Shown piece after piece: positions 25,785 to 38,489 of a stretch of 54,539 nucleotides of DNA. The stretch comes from Gonapodya sp. JEL0774. Its lineage: Eukaryota. Each line of letters opens with the position of its first letter. The stretch's first letter is position 1. Made by a program: the position numbers and the translations under genes. The stretch lies in assembly GCA_027604505.1 (NCBI GenBank), contig JADIIX010000146.1, positions 1 through 54,539 of the forward strand. Reading direction: 5' to 3'. Under the pieces are notes generated by a model. That model did no database searches, was not told the DNA's origin, and worked only from the letters and a program-made list of their open reading frames with translations.

Positions 25785-28700
25785 ATGGATGACCTTCTGA
25801 GACATGCCGTCGAAGAGATTGCTCTCGAGGGGAAACGAGGTGTGTTGGGATGTGATTTGACCTGAGCAACTGCCCGGCCCAGCTGGGAACCAGAGCCTAA
25901 AGGACGTATTGAATAGAAAGAAGACGACACCCAAATGGAAGACGGGTGAACCTTTCGACCTGGATCTCTCGAGATATGGGATTTTGACGTGGTGGAAGGG
26001 CAGCGTTTGCCGTTGATTGTATTGTTCTGGAACGGCGAGCAAGACGAGAGTCGGGCAACATCGCACACAACCTTTTTGACGAGTTTCCATTTGCATCGTT
26101 CGAAAGGCTGCCCTCCATCACGTCTTTGGACTCTACTGGAGAACCGCCATGCTAGAGAGTTGGCAGAATCATCGACGCTGGTCCAGGTCGAACCTATAAA
26201 GTTCGACATCCACCTGCAAAATTATTACTGGCGTCGAATCGTCAACATGCACGACCTTTCCCTTGTTGTTCGTGGGAGTGCAAAAGGGGACGGCCTGGGA
26301 GATGGAGAAGACAGTGAGGTGGACAAGTCAACAAGGATGTCGAGGACAGGTAAAGCAGCCGGAAATTCATCGAGGAAGAGGAAAAGATCAGGTGATGATG
26401 AGGTACATCTCTTGTTTTTGGCTTTCTGTTGTGGAGGAAGGATCAAGCTGGTTCGCCGAGTATTCGGGATCCGCTGGGATCAGCAATTCAAGTGTGCATT
26501 GGGAGAGCCGAACGGCGTGAAGAAAAGTTCTAAAATAGTTAGCTAACCCAATCGCTTCTTAGGACGGATACGACTCCGACTTTGTCGTCGACGACGACGT
26601 GATTGAATATGAGAATGGAGATAGTTTGCGTGACCAACACGTGGAGGATGCTGTGGAGACTGCAATAGACACCAAATCCAACAGCGTGGCCGTCGTGCAC
26701 GATAATCTATCTGGAAATGATGGTCGAAATGAGTTAGCCACTGTGAGTTATCGGCCATTATTGGAATGTCGAGATACTGACTGTTTTCAGTCTAACTCAA
26801 CAGAGCACAAATTGCAAGAGCTTTCTCTGAGTGAGCTCCTCAGTCGGTTTGGAGACAACGTGAAGCTTGTTGCTTCCGAGGACAGACGGCTCCAGGCATG
26901 CGTTTGGAAATCCGGTGTGAGTACGATTGTCACCAGGCTCTGTGCCTGCAGTAGGCGCAGTGGTAGCGGCTTTGATTTCGACTTTCGTCTTGCGATTTCC
27001 CATGATACCAGGCGAAGGCCGTGAACAGCCATCAATTTCCGGTGTTGGAGTACCTCGCACGGAAGCGAACGTTTGAGACACATCTAAAATTACAAAGAGA
27101 GCTTAAAATTGATGCCAAAACTCTACATCACATAGTGAAACAACTTTCTTCTGTCGGGCTCGTGTGAGTGTACTTCCCCTTCAGGAATTTTAATCTGCGT
27201 CGTGGAAACTGACTACGCGCCGGTGCTACGTGGTATCTTCGATACAGTCACAAGTTCACACATACATTTAATGGAACATCTGTAAATGCTTCCATCCACG
27301 CAAGGTACGCTGCTCACAACGCTGCTTACCAAGCGTACCTCCACGAGAAAGCACGGGGGTTTACTTTGACTGAGGCTCCCGAGTCTTCCAGTAGCAAATG
27401 GGAAGGAGCATACCGAGGCGACGCATTCTACTCGAGAATAAGCGCGACTCTTCAGACAATGGTCAATTGGACGTTAAGCGTGAGGGACTTGGAAACCGCG
27501 CTGGTAAGTTTCGAGAACAAGACAAACCCAAACTTCAACTTAAGATTGTTACATTGAATCCTTGGCCTGTAGGGTCTTGAGTTTGTTGAGCCACATCATC
27601 GAAAAATGTGGCAGGCGTCTTTGCGGCAGTTAATGACATTGGGGTTTGTCGATAAGATCGATGTGCCCGTTGGACCAGCAACTATGAATGAGAATAAAGG
27701 AATGACCCGCGAAGACGTCCTTCAAGGTGGCAGTGACGGGATGGAGCTCGAGAATGCACCTCCAGAGACGGTGACACCCCACACACCTCGTTCCAAGAAG
27801 AAGAAGGCTAAACACGTCACTTGTGTTCGTCTGCTTAAACCATTCGTGCCGAAACACGCTGTCAAGAAGAGCTTGGTTGAAACACTAGAGGACCCTGATG
27901 GCGACAGAAAGCTGGGTGCTGGCAGTTTTCTCGTGGATATACCTCTTGAATCCCAAATTTTAAATTTGGTTGCATCAGCCGGAGAGGAGGGCACAACCAG
28001 TAAAGTACGCAGTCATTTTTTTGCCTGATTCGTGACTATGGATGCACTAATATGTGCTGTTCACTTGCATCAGACAATCCGTCGTTCTCTTAACAACCTG
28101 CACTCAAAGATTTTGAACCGAATCCTAGATCGTTTAACGATCGCCGGAGACGGCAAACGTTTGAAGTCGAACCTGTATCGAGTGGCAGAATTCTTTGGCC
28201 GGGAGAGACGCTATCGCTACCATGTTGCAAGCGGCTACTTCAAGTTCCTTCGTGAACAAAATCTCAAAGCGCACGAAGCCAGTCTGGTCAGTCTACCTTT
28301 GCGACTATTCTCTCTCAAGGAGTCGGGTGTGGAGGAGTTGCCAAAGCCTCAGACAGTCGACGAGAGCATATTGGTGATTGAGAGTTTGCCACCTCAAAGA
28401 TCCGCGCCGATGAACGCGGGATCAGCCCCAGTGGATCAAGGGCGCAAACTGAGAGAGCGGAAGGTAAAGCCGAGCTTGCCCGTTGAGGACCCTAAGGAGG
28501 ACCATTCGGATGTTGCATGTGAGGAGGAAGATGATCGTATGTCAGTAGGATCACAGTCAGACGGCTCTCTGGGTGCATCGTCTACGAACAACATCGAGAA
28601 GGAGTTGGAAGAGGCGAACGTACTGCTTGAACCTGTCCCGTTGAGTAGTGTGCATGCGGACGAAGTGAGCGGCCTGCACGATTCTTCATTATGTGTGCTC

Positions 28701-31700
28701 ATAACGTACTTTTGGAATAACAGGTGGTGTGCAAAGTGTGCCGGTCGGGGGACAATGGTGGCCGTCTTCTGTTGTGCGACAACGACGCCTGTAATGTGGG
28801 CATACATACGTATTGCCTCGCGGAACCCATTCGAAGAATACCCGCGGGAGATTGGTTTTGCTCTGCAGCGTGCAGTGTGCGAGAGGAGACGGGTGGCACT
28901 ACCACACCACACCTGGAGGCGCAAGGGATTGAAGTCGACCAAAGTTCCACAAAACGGTCACGAAAGGCAACCCGAGAAGACGATGATTATATGGATCGCT
29001 CCGATGATAATAATTCGGAGAGTGCAAGTCAAAGTGAATCAGAAACTGATGGGGATGACAGTACAGACGACGATGAAAACACTTTCACCAACGATACCTT
29101 CGTTGAACGACCGAACAGAGCACTGGTATACACGAAACGCCTGAACGTGAAAAATGGTATGCTAATCCGACATATCGTCGCGAGTACAAGGATGTGGGTT
29201 TAACCATTGCATTAATTTTCAGAGATCACGGCTGAGAACAAGCGACCCACCATTTCAATCTTCCAACGTGAAAAGATCATCATGAATCTACTCAATCGTC
29301 ACAGAATGATTGATTTGAGGAGCAGAAACCGGTTCAACGATCTTTATGCGGCTATGGCGGCGGAGATGAACATCCGCCTTACTGGATCTACTGATCACAG
29401 GACTCACAACAGCACTATCAACAGCTTGGTCAGCAAAGGTCTTGTTTGTAGGCAAAAAGTGCTCATCCCGTCACCGCAAGGGAAGCCTATAGAGAAGACC
29501 ATACTTTGCCTCGGATCTCTGGCAGGTTCAAGCGAACTACTGCACTATATAAGGAATTTAAAGGATGCGGAATTCATCGGCACCACTTCGGTCAGAAAGT
29601 TGCCTGTGATGAATATGCAGATTGGGACTTTGAATCACAGTGCCCCCTCGAAAGTGCAGCTCGATCACCAGGCGACTGACGTTACCCGGAACTCAATGGA
29701 GGACAATGCTATCCCCTCATCCACCCTCGAACCGGCGAACTTTGATCTCAACTCGGCATTTAATGCTCCTACCGCCATTCCGCAGCCCTTGCCATCGCTG
29801 ATTTCATCTCGAGCAGAGACTTTCCCTTACCAAAGCTCTTCGAAAGCAGCTAAAGCCCAGATGCAAACTAGTACAGATGCCAACGTATTCCATCTCAAAG
29901 TTGCAAGTGACTACGGCTGGATAAATGTAGGTACCGTCAGTAAGCCAAGATGCACCGCAGTCTGTCTCACGCATTTATATGAGGCCAAATTTTTGCGCGC
30001 GCAAAAAATGCACGAATTCTTTCTCGATTTGGTGCTTTCTGGGAAAGTTCAGGATCTGGACATGGAGCTACACCGTGTGGCGATCTCCCAACCGCACATG
30101 CGATACGACGGCGTGTTTCACGTCACTGATGTTCTTCGTGAGATGACATTCATTCAGTACCTACAGCTGATTGGACACTTCACGAAGTCGGCTATAATTG
30201 ATTGGTTTCTTCATTTGCCTGGCTCTAGTCATACAAAGTTGCACGACGTTCCCAGTGAAGGTTAGTCTATTTGTGTTCAATTGCGAAGAAAGTGGTATTG
30301 ACTGCTTTCGCGGATGCTTCACCGTCAGTCCGCATGGAAATATTTGGCGACTTCGCGAGATATCGCCGGCGAATGAAGGAAATATGCGACATTTTGGAGA
30401 GCTTGGGGGTCCTGAGACCCCTCCCAAACGATTTATCGGAAGCAGTCCCGCCGCAGTGGGGCGCACATAACAAGTCGAAGTCGATGGCTCCACGCTATCA
30501 AATAGTTTGCCAAGTGTCTCTTCGGAGTCTTTGGACTCCTTCGACGCCACCTGTGGAAACGTATCAAATTGATTGTCTAGAGAACTTGCAGCTTTACTGG
30601 AGCTCCCTGCAGAGAATGAGCCTTTCTGAAGACGGAAAGGGTGGAGAATTAATTGATCCTTCGGACGACGAGTTGGAAGACAAATCGGATGCTAAGAGAC
30701 GCAAACGTCGAGCCAGAACATTACCGTTCGGTCCAGAGCATCCGCTTGGATTTATCAATTTGCGGCGATCATGGATAATGATGGATTACTTCACTATGGA
30801 ACAAAGGAATACCCTCGACCATTATTTGAATGAAGCAACATTCTCAACACCTCTGCATGATGCATCGCTTCTCAACGTTATTATAAGTGAGACCAAACTC
30901 AGTCTAGACACAATAATCAAGTATTACGCCCGAATCGACGCGAAATGGAAAGTAAAAGCTCGTATCCTTGCCCGACAGAAGAACATTCCTAAGGTGGAGG
31001 TGTCTAGTTTAACATCCCCTCAGTTGGATTCCCTGGTTGTTCCGGTTCCTTCGGACACCTCACTAAGGACGATAGAACTTCTTCGTGTGCTATCCTCAAA
31101 ATCCGTACCATCTGTTTCTTCGTCCGAAATAGGCAGGGCGGATGTGACCCAGTTGGACGAAGAGAAGGATATTGCGCACAAGAACGCAAATAGTCGTCGA
31201 AAACAGAAAGGAAAATCTCTCGGTCGCCAAAAGCTTGAATCACTCATCGTCACTGCCAATATCGAGCACGATTTGCCTGATGTTCTCCCAGCTGGTGTTG
31301 ATGAGACACTTCTTACGAGACCCCGCAAAGCAATGCGACGCCGTCCAATTTGGAACAGGGACAGTGAGGAAATTTTGCTTCATGCTTTGATTATACTTCA
31401 GCATGGAAGCGTCAAAGGGCGATTCAAAAGTTATTGGGGCCTCGCCTCAGAACTCTTTGGAATGTCCACTAACGACAAAGGTGTCTTCCGACGCGATTAC
31501 TGATATTGTTGTTTCTATTGTCATTGACCCCTATTTATGTGCTCCAAGCGATTATAGGACAGCTGCAACGGCGGTTGAAGAGGGTGAAGGGTGAGAATCC
31601 GGTACGCGCAAAGCAACTGGAACAGCGTTGGGAGGCTGTTTACCGGGCAGGCGTAACCCACGGAGACCTGACAGAGTTCCCCTCGCGCGATTCGAACTGG

Positions 31701-34017
31701 AAACTTCACAGGGAAGTTGAATATTTTCTCTTACGAAGTGTCTTACCGGAGAGGTGAGGTGGTTGTATGGGAAGGGCTTTTCCAAATTCCTGACTTTGAA
31801 ATCGAAGTACCCCTGGATTTAATTCCCAAGATCAGACAGAGATATCTACAATTCTCCCTCGTGATATCTCACAATTGGAAACTCATTTTGTGGTCACAGC
31901 TGACGTTAATGAGGGCAGAGGTTCCGGCGACAGAATATATCCATCTACACTTTTGTCGTCTTCGAGGCTGGCATTGGACATGTTATTGTCATTGCCATTT
32001 ACGTCGGCAGTCCACCAAGATACTCATGCTAGCAAGGTCAATGAAGATGACGTGCAATCGCAGTTGCTCAAAGTGCTGTTTAGGGTGAGAAAGTCTTTCC
32101 TGCACGACTTTGGAGGACCTTGTAAATTGCCATCATTTGCTAGGTATTGGGAATAATTCCATCGGATCACTACGATCCCGAAATTGCGTTCGCCGCTCTC
32201 CAGAAGTTCCCTCCTCAACTCGTCTCTAACACTCTAGAAGAGTTGAAGAACGAGGGTACGCTCAATCGATTTCGCCCGGTATCTGAGAGACGCACTGCAG
32301 GTCGGATCTACAATGTTAGCGACAAGTGAGGAGATTTCAGATGACGATGGACTTGTTGCTGGTGCTGAGAGGATTACCTCTGCGTTATTTCGCGTTATTT
32401 CAGATTCACCGCTGTCTTTCTTGGTCAATTGAGCGGACTTCGACCCGGCTTCATATCTCGCGCTGCAGACTACCTCCGTGAAGTGGTGAAGTCTAAGGCT
32501 GAACGGTTGCCCTTCCAACCCTTGTTGGACGATGAGGCTGTTGCGACAACACTGGATCTCGTGGGCGGACGGCAAGTTAGTAAAAAAAACTCCTTGAAAT
32601 TGAAATGTTTTATTTCAACTGCTTGCTTGTTCAGTTTTTACCTGTGCCTTCTTTCGAAAGGAGAGTGACGGAACGTGACGGTGGCCTTTTGGGTGAGCTC
32701 AACTGTGTATGATCTGTGCCTCATCACCCTGAACAAACGGACTTGCACAAGGTGGCCTCTCTGTTTTCTCAGAATTCGATCTTGGACATGTCAATTCGCT
32801 GTGGAATGGGAGAACTCGAGAATCAAACGCTTTGTTCGGCGCCCAAAGAGAAATTCGGAAGGAGAGAGGAAAGCGTGAGCGGGACAATGATAAGGAAGAT
32901 GAAGTGGAGGGGATTTCGGAGAAGGCAGCAACAACATTTAAACGAATGCGAACTGCAGTTTCGGTCAATGGGAAAGATGAACGACTCAGTTCCGCAGTGA
33001 TCAGCGATGACAAGGTCAGGAGTCAACAGGCCGAAGTAAATGACCTCAAAATGGAGCTTTGGTGGGAGTCCATGCCTCTGCGGGACGCCGCATTGAAAGT
33101 CGAGATTTGCAAGGTTTTCACAGTCGTTGATGCGGCAGGAGAGGACGGTGTGGATGGCACTTCTCTCGAGGTGATTGACTTGTGCAACAATTTCTTTCCC
33201 ATGATCGTCGACGTATGTTGAATATTTGGTTTAGGCTCTCATTCCGTCAATTCCTGTTTCCATCCTCCGCACTCATTTGCATATGCTCACCATTCCCGAT
33301 GATCAAAATTTCCATCCTGTATTGCGAGTCGGATTTGCATGTCCGCGAATTGTTTCTTACAAACATGCTTTCGTATGGACGATGGAGCCAGTCGAGAAAT
33401 CCAGGAAAACGGATCAAGTGATTCTTACTCCAGAGATGTCCAGGGTGTCAACAGATGGTGCAAGGTCATTCCTGCCTTCCACAGGATCTGAAGTCGTGAG
33501 ACGGACCGTTGAGGTCTCAGGAAAGTCGCATGCAGATCGCAAGGATCGTTTCGTGTTGCGTCTCTGGAAAGACCTGTCTGGGAATATCAAGGAAAATGTC
33601 CTCAAAGTGTGTTTGGAGGCCGTTCTGGGCGTCGTCTGTGCCTGCCCTGGAGTCACTGAAAGTCAGTTGAGAGAAAAGCTGAAGATAATCGTGAATGCGG
33701 CAGAAGTAAAGGAACTCGTCGGGGAGTTGGTGCAAAGGGGAGCATTAGCAGTAAGGGAAGTGCCTCCTTCCCGCCTTGTTTCGTCAATATGGGATGTGGA
33801 TGGTGATGAAGACGGCGAAGATGCGGGTGCGTTGCAGCAGTGTTCTCAAGAGTACCGTATGCAAACCTCTATTCCCTTTACAGAAGACCCTTCGCCCCTC
33901 GGATACACTGATATACGAGAATCCTGCACTGAAACATCTTCGGAGTGGCTCTGGCCCACGGACCCCGATACTCTGTGCTACTTTGTGGAGCCCGGATGGT
34001 TTGCTGGTGCAGTTTAG
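25785..34017 (+). CDS. TFC3: TFIIIC B-block-binding large subunit (Tfc3/tau138/Sfc3/GTF3C1 family) with internal PHD finger
   Basis: The N-terminus MDDLLRHAVEEIALEGKRG|CPPSRLW has the EIALEGxxG signature. Further matches are LKIDAKTLHHIVKQL, CVRLLK, DIPLESQILNLVASAGEEG, EFFGRERRYRY, AKFLRAQKMHEFFL and C-terminal LEAVLGVVCACPGVTESQL..LVQRGAL. About 8.2 kb, multi-exon. Confidence 0.85.
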
Positions 34018-34342
34018 CATGCCACACAGCAGCAATATCGCATATACATCGCGCACTGAAACAGGGCATTGTAAATTCGCATATAAAATTCTTGTTCCTG
34101 ATTCCCATGCAGAATTTCTTCTCATTTGTGCGTGCTCAGTCTCTGACATTCACGGGAACCACACTTGGTTCTCCCGACGATGACACAGAACATGGAAAGT
34201 GCGACGAGCAGATAAAGTTGCTCATAAAAGGAAGGACAATCTCTAGTTTCGCATCTACGACCTGCCTAACAAGGTGCCATACCATGCGACTACGAAGACG
34301 GTAAACATCCCAACGCTCCTTGCAAGCCCCAACCACCACATC

Positions 34343-36524
34343 TCAGCAACACCCCGACGCTGCTTGCGCGGGAAGCTTCTCGCCTACGTTGATTTTTGCT
34401 TTCGGTGCCTGTGTGGAAGAGGCGGGCATGGCTCCCATCCTGCGTTTGATGGATAAGTTGAAGATTAGATGCAGTTTGTCGGACTTACACTGGGTAAAAA
34501 AACCATGACTCTTCGCGAAGCAGGATCCCGGGGGCACTCAACCATGCACATTAACATATCGATTCCGTTCAAATAGCCCTGGGGAGAGTTCCATCGCAAC
34601 ATGATATTCTAACTACTGAGAGCACGCACCTGTCCTTAATCTGTTTCGCCATGGTTAAGAAAGCCTGTTCAACATTGGTCGCATTCTTGGCCGAGGTTTC
34701 GAGGAAGGGGATGCCAAGGGAGTCAGCGAACTCCTATTGAACCAATGCAGCATGAAATTGATGTCGTGGGTGTCAAGGGTAGACAGAATCGAGTGGGTTC
34801 GTCAGACAAAGTTTTGAAAAGCGACCAGATGGTCTCAATGTGCAGTTCGAACACTGTCCACGAGCCCATCCCCTTAAAATTCGTCTCCGAGGGTATTTTC
34901 ATCAACCTCCTCTCCAACTCGCTTCTTATCTTTTCACTTCGTCTGTCCTGTACAATGAGACCGCCACCCTCATGTATGTCACCTTTGAGAAACCGCACAA
35001 ACTCCAATTACAGCATCATATTCTCCCTTTCTACAAACCTTCGCCTGCGCCGTTTCAATGCCCCTCTTGTTGACCAAATCGCTCTTGTTGCCAACCAAGA
35101 GCTTGTTCACGCCTTCGCTGGCATATCGGTCGATTTCCTGCATCCACTGGCGTACGTTGGTGAACGTGTCAGGGTCCGTCACGTCGTACACAACAATGAT
35201 GCCGTGCGCCCCCCGGTAGTAGGAAGAAGTAATCGTGCGGAACCTCTCTTGACCGGCAGTATCCCACTGGAAGGATGAGAGACAACGGAAGATGTGAAGG
35301 TAATTCGTCACAGTGGTAGTGAGAGGCAGAGAATGACGTCATTAGATATGGTAAATGGTAGAATCACACGGTACGTATTCCTCTGTCAGATTGAACTTTC
35401 GACGTGGTTCATCAGTTCAGCCCACACAGTCGCCCCCGTGTCACGATATTTAATCCCTCAAACTTGCGTTCGCGAGAACAGATATCTCCGAATCAATCCA
35501 TGAATATCTGTCCAGAAGGGATCCAACAATTTCCAGAAGAAGCAGCACTGGTACCCACGATCTGTAGCTTGACAGTCTTGCCTTCGAGCTCGATGGTCCG
35601 AATTTTCTGCAATGCGAAAAAGCGGATATGGTGAGGACAAAGGGAACACGCCCAACAATTCGATCCAATAAATCAAGAGTAACGAAATAAACTTCCAAGC
35701 CTTCACAGCGAAGTAGTTTCCTGTACGATACGCTGAGGATGCGATCCCATCGATTCCGAACTCAGCGTAGAAACTCACGAAGTCGACACCGATGGTAGAG
35801 ATGTAGGATTCAGTGTAGGTGTCGTCCTGATAGGGAAGTATGGCAAGGAGAACCGTCAATGTTTCGACGGAGTTGCTCCGATGCTCACAGAGGATCGCAT
35901 TGTGAACTCACGGCAAAACGTAACAGTAGGCATGATTTTCCGACACCTGAATCACCGATGAGGAGGAGTTTGAAGAGGTAGTCGCTGGACAAAGAGAGCA
36001 GTTGACAATGGTCCGGCAAACGGAAGAGCATTTAGAGATTGAATGGACGCCGAGGTGTTGGTCAACAAAGACGATTCTCCCTCTCTCTCCAGCGCGCGGT
36101 CACGGTTGCGGGTGTTTGGAGCTTCAAACGATCGACGAAGGCCCCATTCTGACCAGCGGCCACTAATCTCAAGGGGCTCTCATGCATTCTTCATGTTGTG
36201 CCAATCATAGGTGGCAGTCCGTCCGTCCGTGTTGGGTATGGCCACAATGTTTTGCCGTTGTCGTGGCTGGGAGAGTACTCTCCACCTTCTGGTCTCTGGG
36301 TCGTCTCCACACCGGACCGTCCCCGCCATACCAGCATTAGAATCATCCAATACGAGAATAATGAGTTTGGGCCGCCGGAGTTTACTCATCCCATCGCCCC
36401 CGTCATGATTGTCCGACAACCAAGTTCGCCTCGATCCAACATCGCTCTTGATGACACTCCATTGATTCATCGTGTCGCGTGTTCACCCCGTCTTTAAGTT
36501 AGGGACTCACTATTCGGGGTTCAT
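34343..36524 (-). CDS. YPT1: Rab1/Ypt1 small GTPase
   Basis: [87 protein letters not shown]..|[16 protein letters not shown], ending in a C-terminal CC prenylation motif. Confidence 0.98.
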
Positions 36525-36872
36525 TGCTGTGAGTATTGGGCGATGTTCCTTGGAAGTGGTTGTGCCTTCGCCACGCACCGGCACAACTGGCATGGTTGAC
36601 CTCAATCCCCCTACATGATTTTACGGGACTAGCACACCAATGAGAAGCCCTGAATGCATTGATAGTCACGTAGAACACCCAACTAGACGTATAGGCTCTT
36701 GACTTTGACCATCGGAAGAGTAAATATTGACGAAGAAGTGCCATTATGTGCGCTACATATGTATTCACCTGGCAGGTCTAGAGAATCATTTTGAGAGGAT
36801 TCAGTATGCTAAATATTTGTTGTTCAGTCTCTATCGGGTAGTGCGAAACAGCTCTCATCAATGACACATGGC

Positions 36873-38387
36873 TCACAGGTACCCATTAATCCATGTGAGT
36901 ACTGGATCAATATAGGATTGCTGTCGAGTGTTGGAAGGACATGGAGCGATGGGCAAATGTTTCACACAATGCGATTGACTCTGAAATCAAACTCACAATG
37001 AACCAATAAGAGTGGTCGTACCCATTGGCCATATCAACTTCCACAGAAACCTCTGTCTGTGCTATCTTAACCTTTGCCTCAAACACTTCGGGTTGCAACT
37101 GTAATGGATAAAAGCTGTCGGCAGTCCCTTGAATAATCTTGATGGGCAATTTGGGACCGTCCTTGGGGTACTTCGACACGAGCTCGGCTGAGTCATAAGC
37201 ACGACCAGCTTCGTTGGATCCCAGGTAACCATTGAACGCTTTTTGACCCCAGGGGACATCCGTGGGTGTTACAATTGGTGCGAATCCCGCAGCACATTTA
37301 AACCGGCCGGGGTTCTTTAGGGCTATCATGAGAGCTCCATGACCGCCCACTTGATTTGAGAATAATCAGAGCGTGATTTTTCGTCGATGAAGATGAACGG
37401 AGCTCACTGCTGTGACCCATGATTGCAGTCCGGTGGGCTACGTCAATGGTCTTTAAATTGGCGTCAATAAGGTCAGGTAGCTCTTTGGTGATGTACGAAT
37501 ACTACTCCACGAGAGAATAAAACTGCGGTCAGTTTCCAGGGCTTCGAAGTTAACGGGAAGCATCAATTGGTGCATCTCCGTCCGGATCACGAACATCCAC
37601 TATTCCCAGCACTGCATTTTGCAGAAGCGAGATCGTGCCTTAAGAGGATATCTACGATAGAGGTTGAATGCTCACCATTTGGTATGCCGCCCATTTCGGA
37701 TCCGTTGCGTCCACATAAAACCCAGCCGAGACCCCGAAATCCCAGCTAGCATCATCCCCCTCGACCTTGATTCCACGCGGACTCGTGTCGGGGCAGATAA
37801 GAGCCAGGCCTAAGAGAGGGCACGGGCATTTACGTTTGCAGAGATAGAATGATTCGCAACACTAGCCGTACCGAGCTCGGCTGCTTTCTTGCACGCTCCG
37901 GCTTTCGTGATAAAGTTGTCTTCATTGCACGTCTACTTGCATTTAAATCATTCGTCCGACGATATGATTTATGGTGGTTCAGGGGGCGATACGGCGTGGT
38001 GATAAATCAAGAGGGTTTTGTCATATGTGGTGATGGGAATGCAACGGTTCCAGAACCAGTCCCTCTTACGCATTACGTACAAGTCCTGAGAGAAACCAGA
38101 TCCCAGCTGCAGGCTTTTCCACAGTCGCGGTACCAGGAGTGAACACCACGAACTTCATCGTACATCCGCCAAGCACCGGCGAAACGTGTTGATACTGTGG
38201 GTATTTTTCATGCAAACAAGAAGCCAATTACACGATGGCAGGGCATATCGGCAAGAGATATGGAGAAAAAGTGTGAGACAGCAGCATCAACCATGCAGTA
38301 CATTAGATTGATCGTAAAATCTCAACTGACTTTCTTGACCGTTCCGCCAAAGCAGAGCGAAGACGATACCTCTTTTAGATCGGTCAT
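36873..38387 (-). CDS. S-formylglutathione hydrolase / esterase D
   Basis: [15 protein letters not shown].., [42 protein letters not shown] (nucleophile elbow), FAPI..PWGQKAF.GYLG and [24 protein letters not shown]. Confidence 0.95.
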
Positions 38388-38489
38388 GATGGTCTGACGG
38401 TTCCGATTGAGGGAAGAAACAGAGACCACTATCGGCACTCTCATTCAAAACAATACACAAGCAAACATAAAGAGGAATCTCCACGCCCC

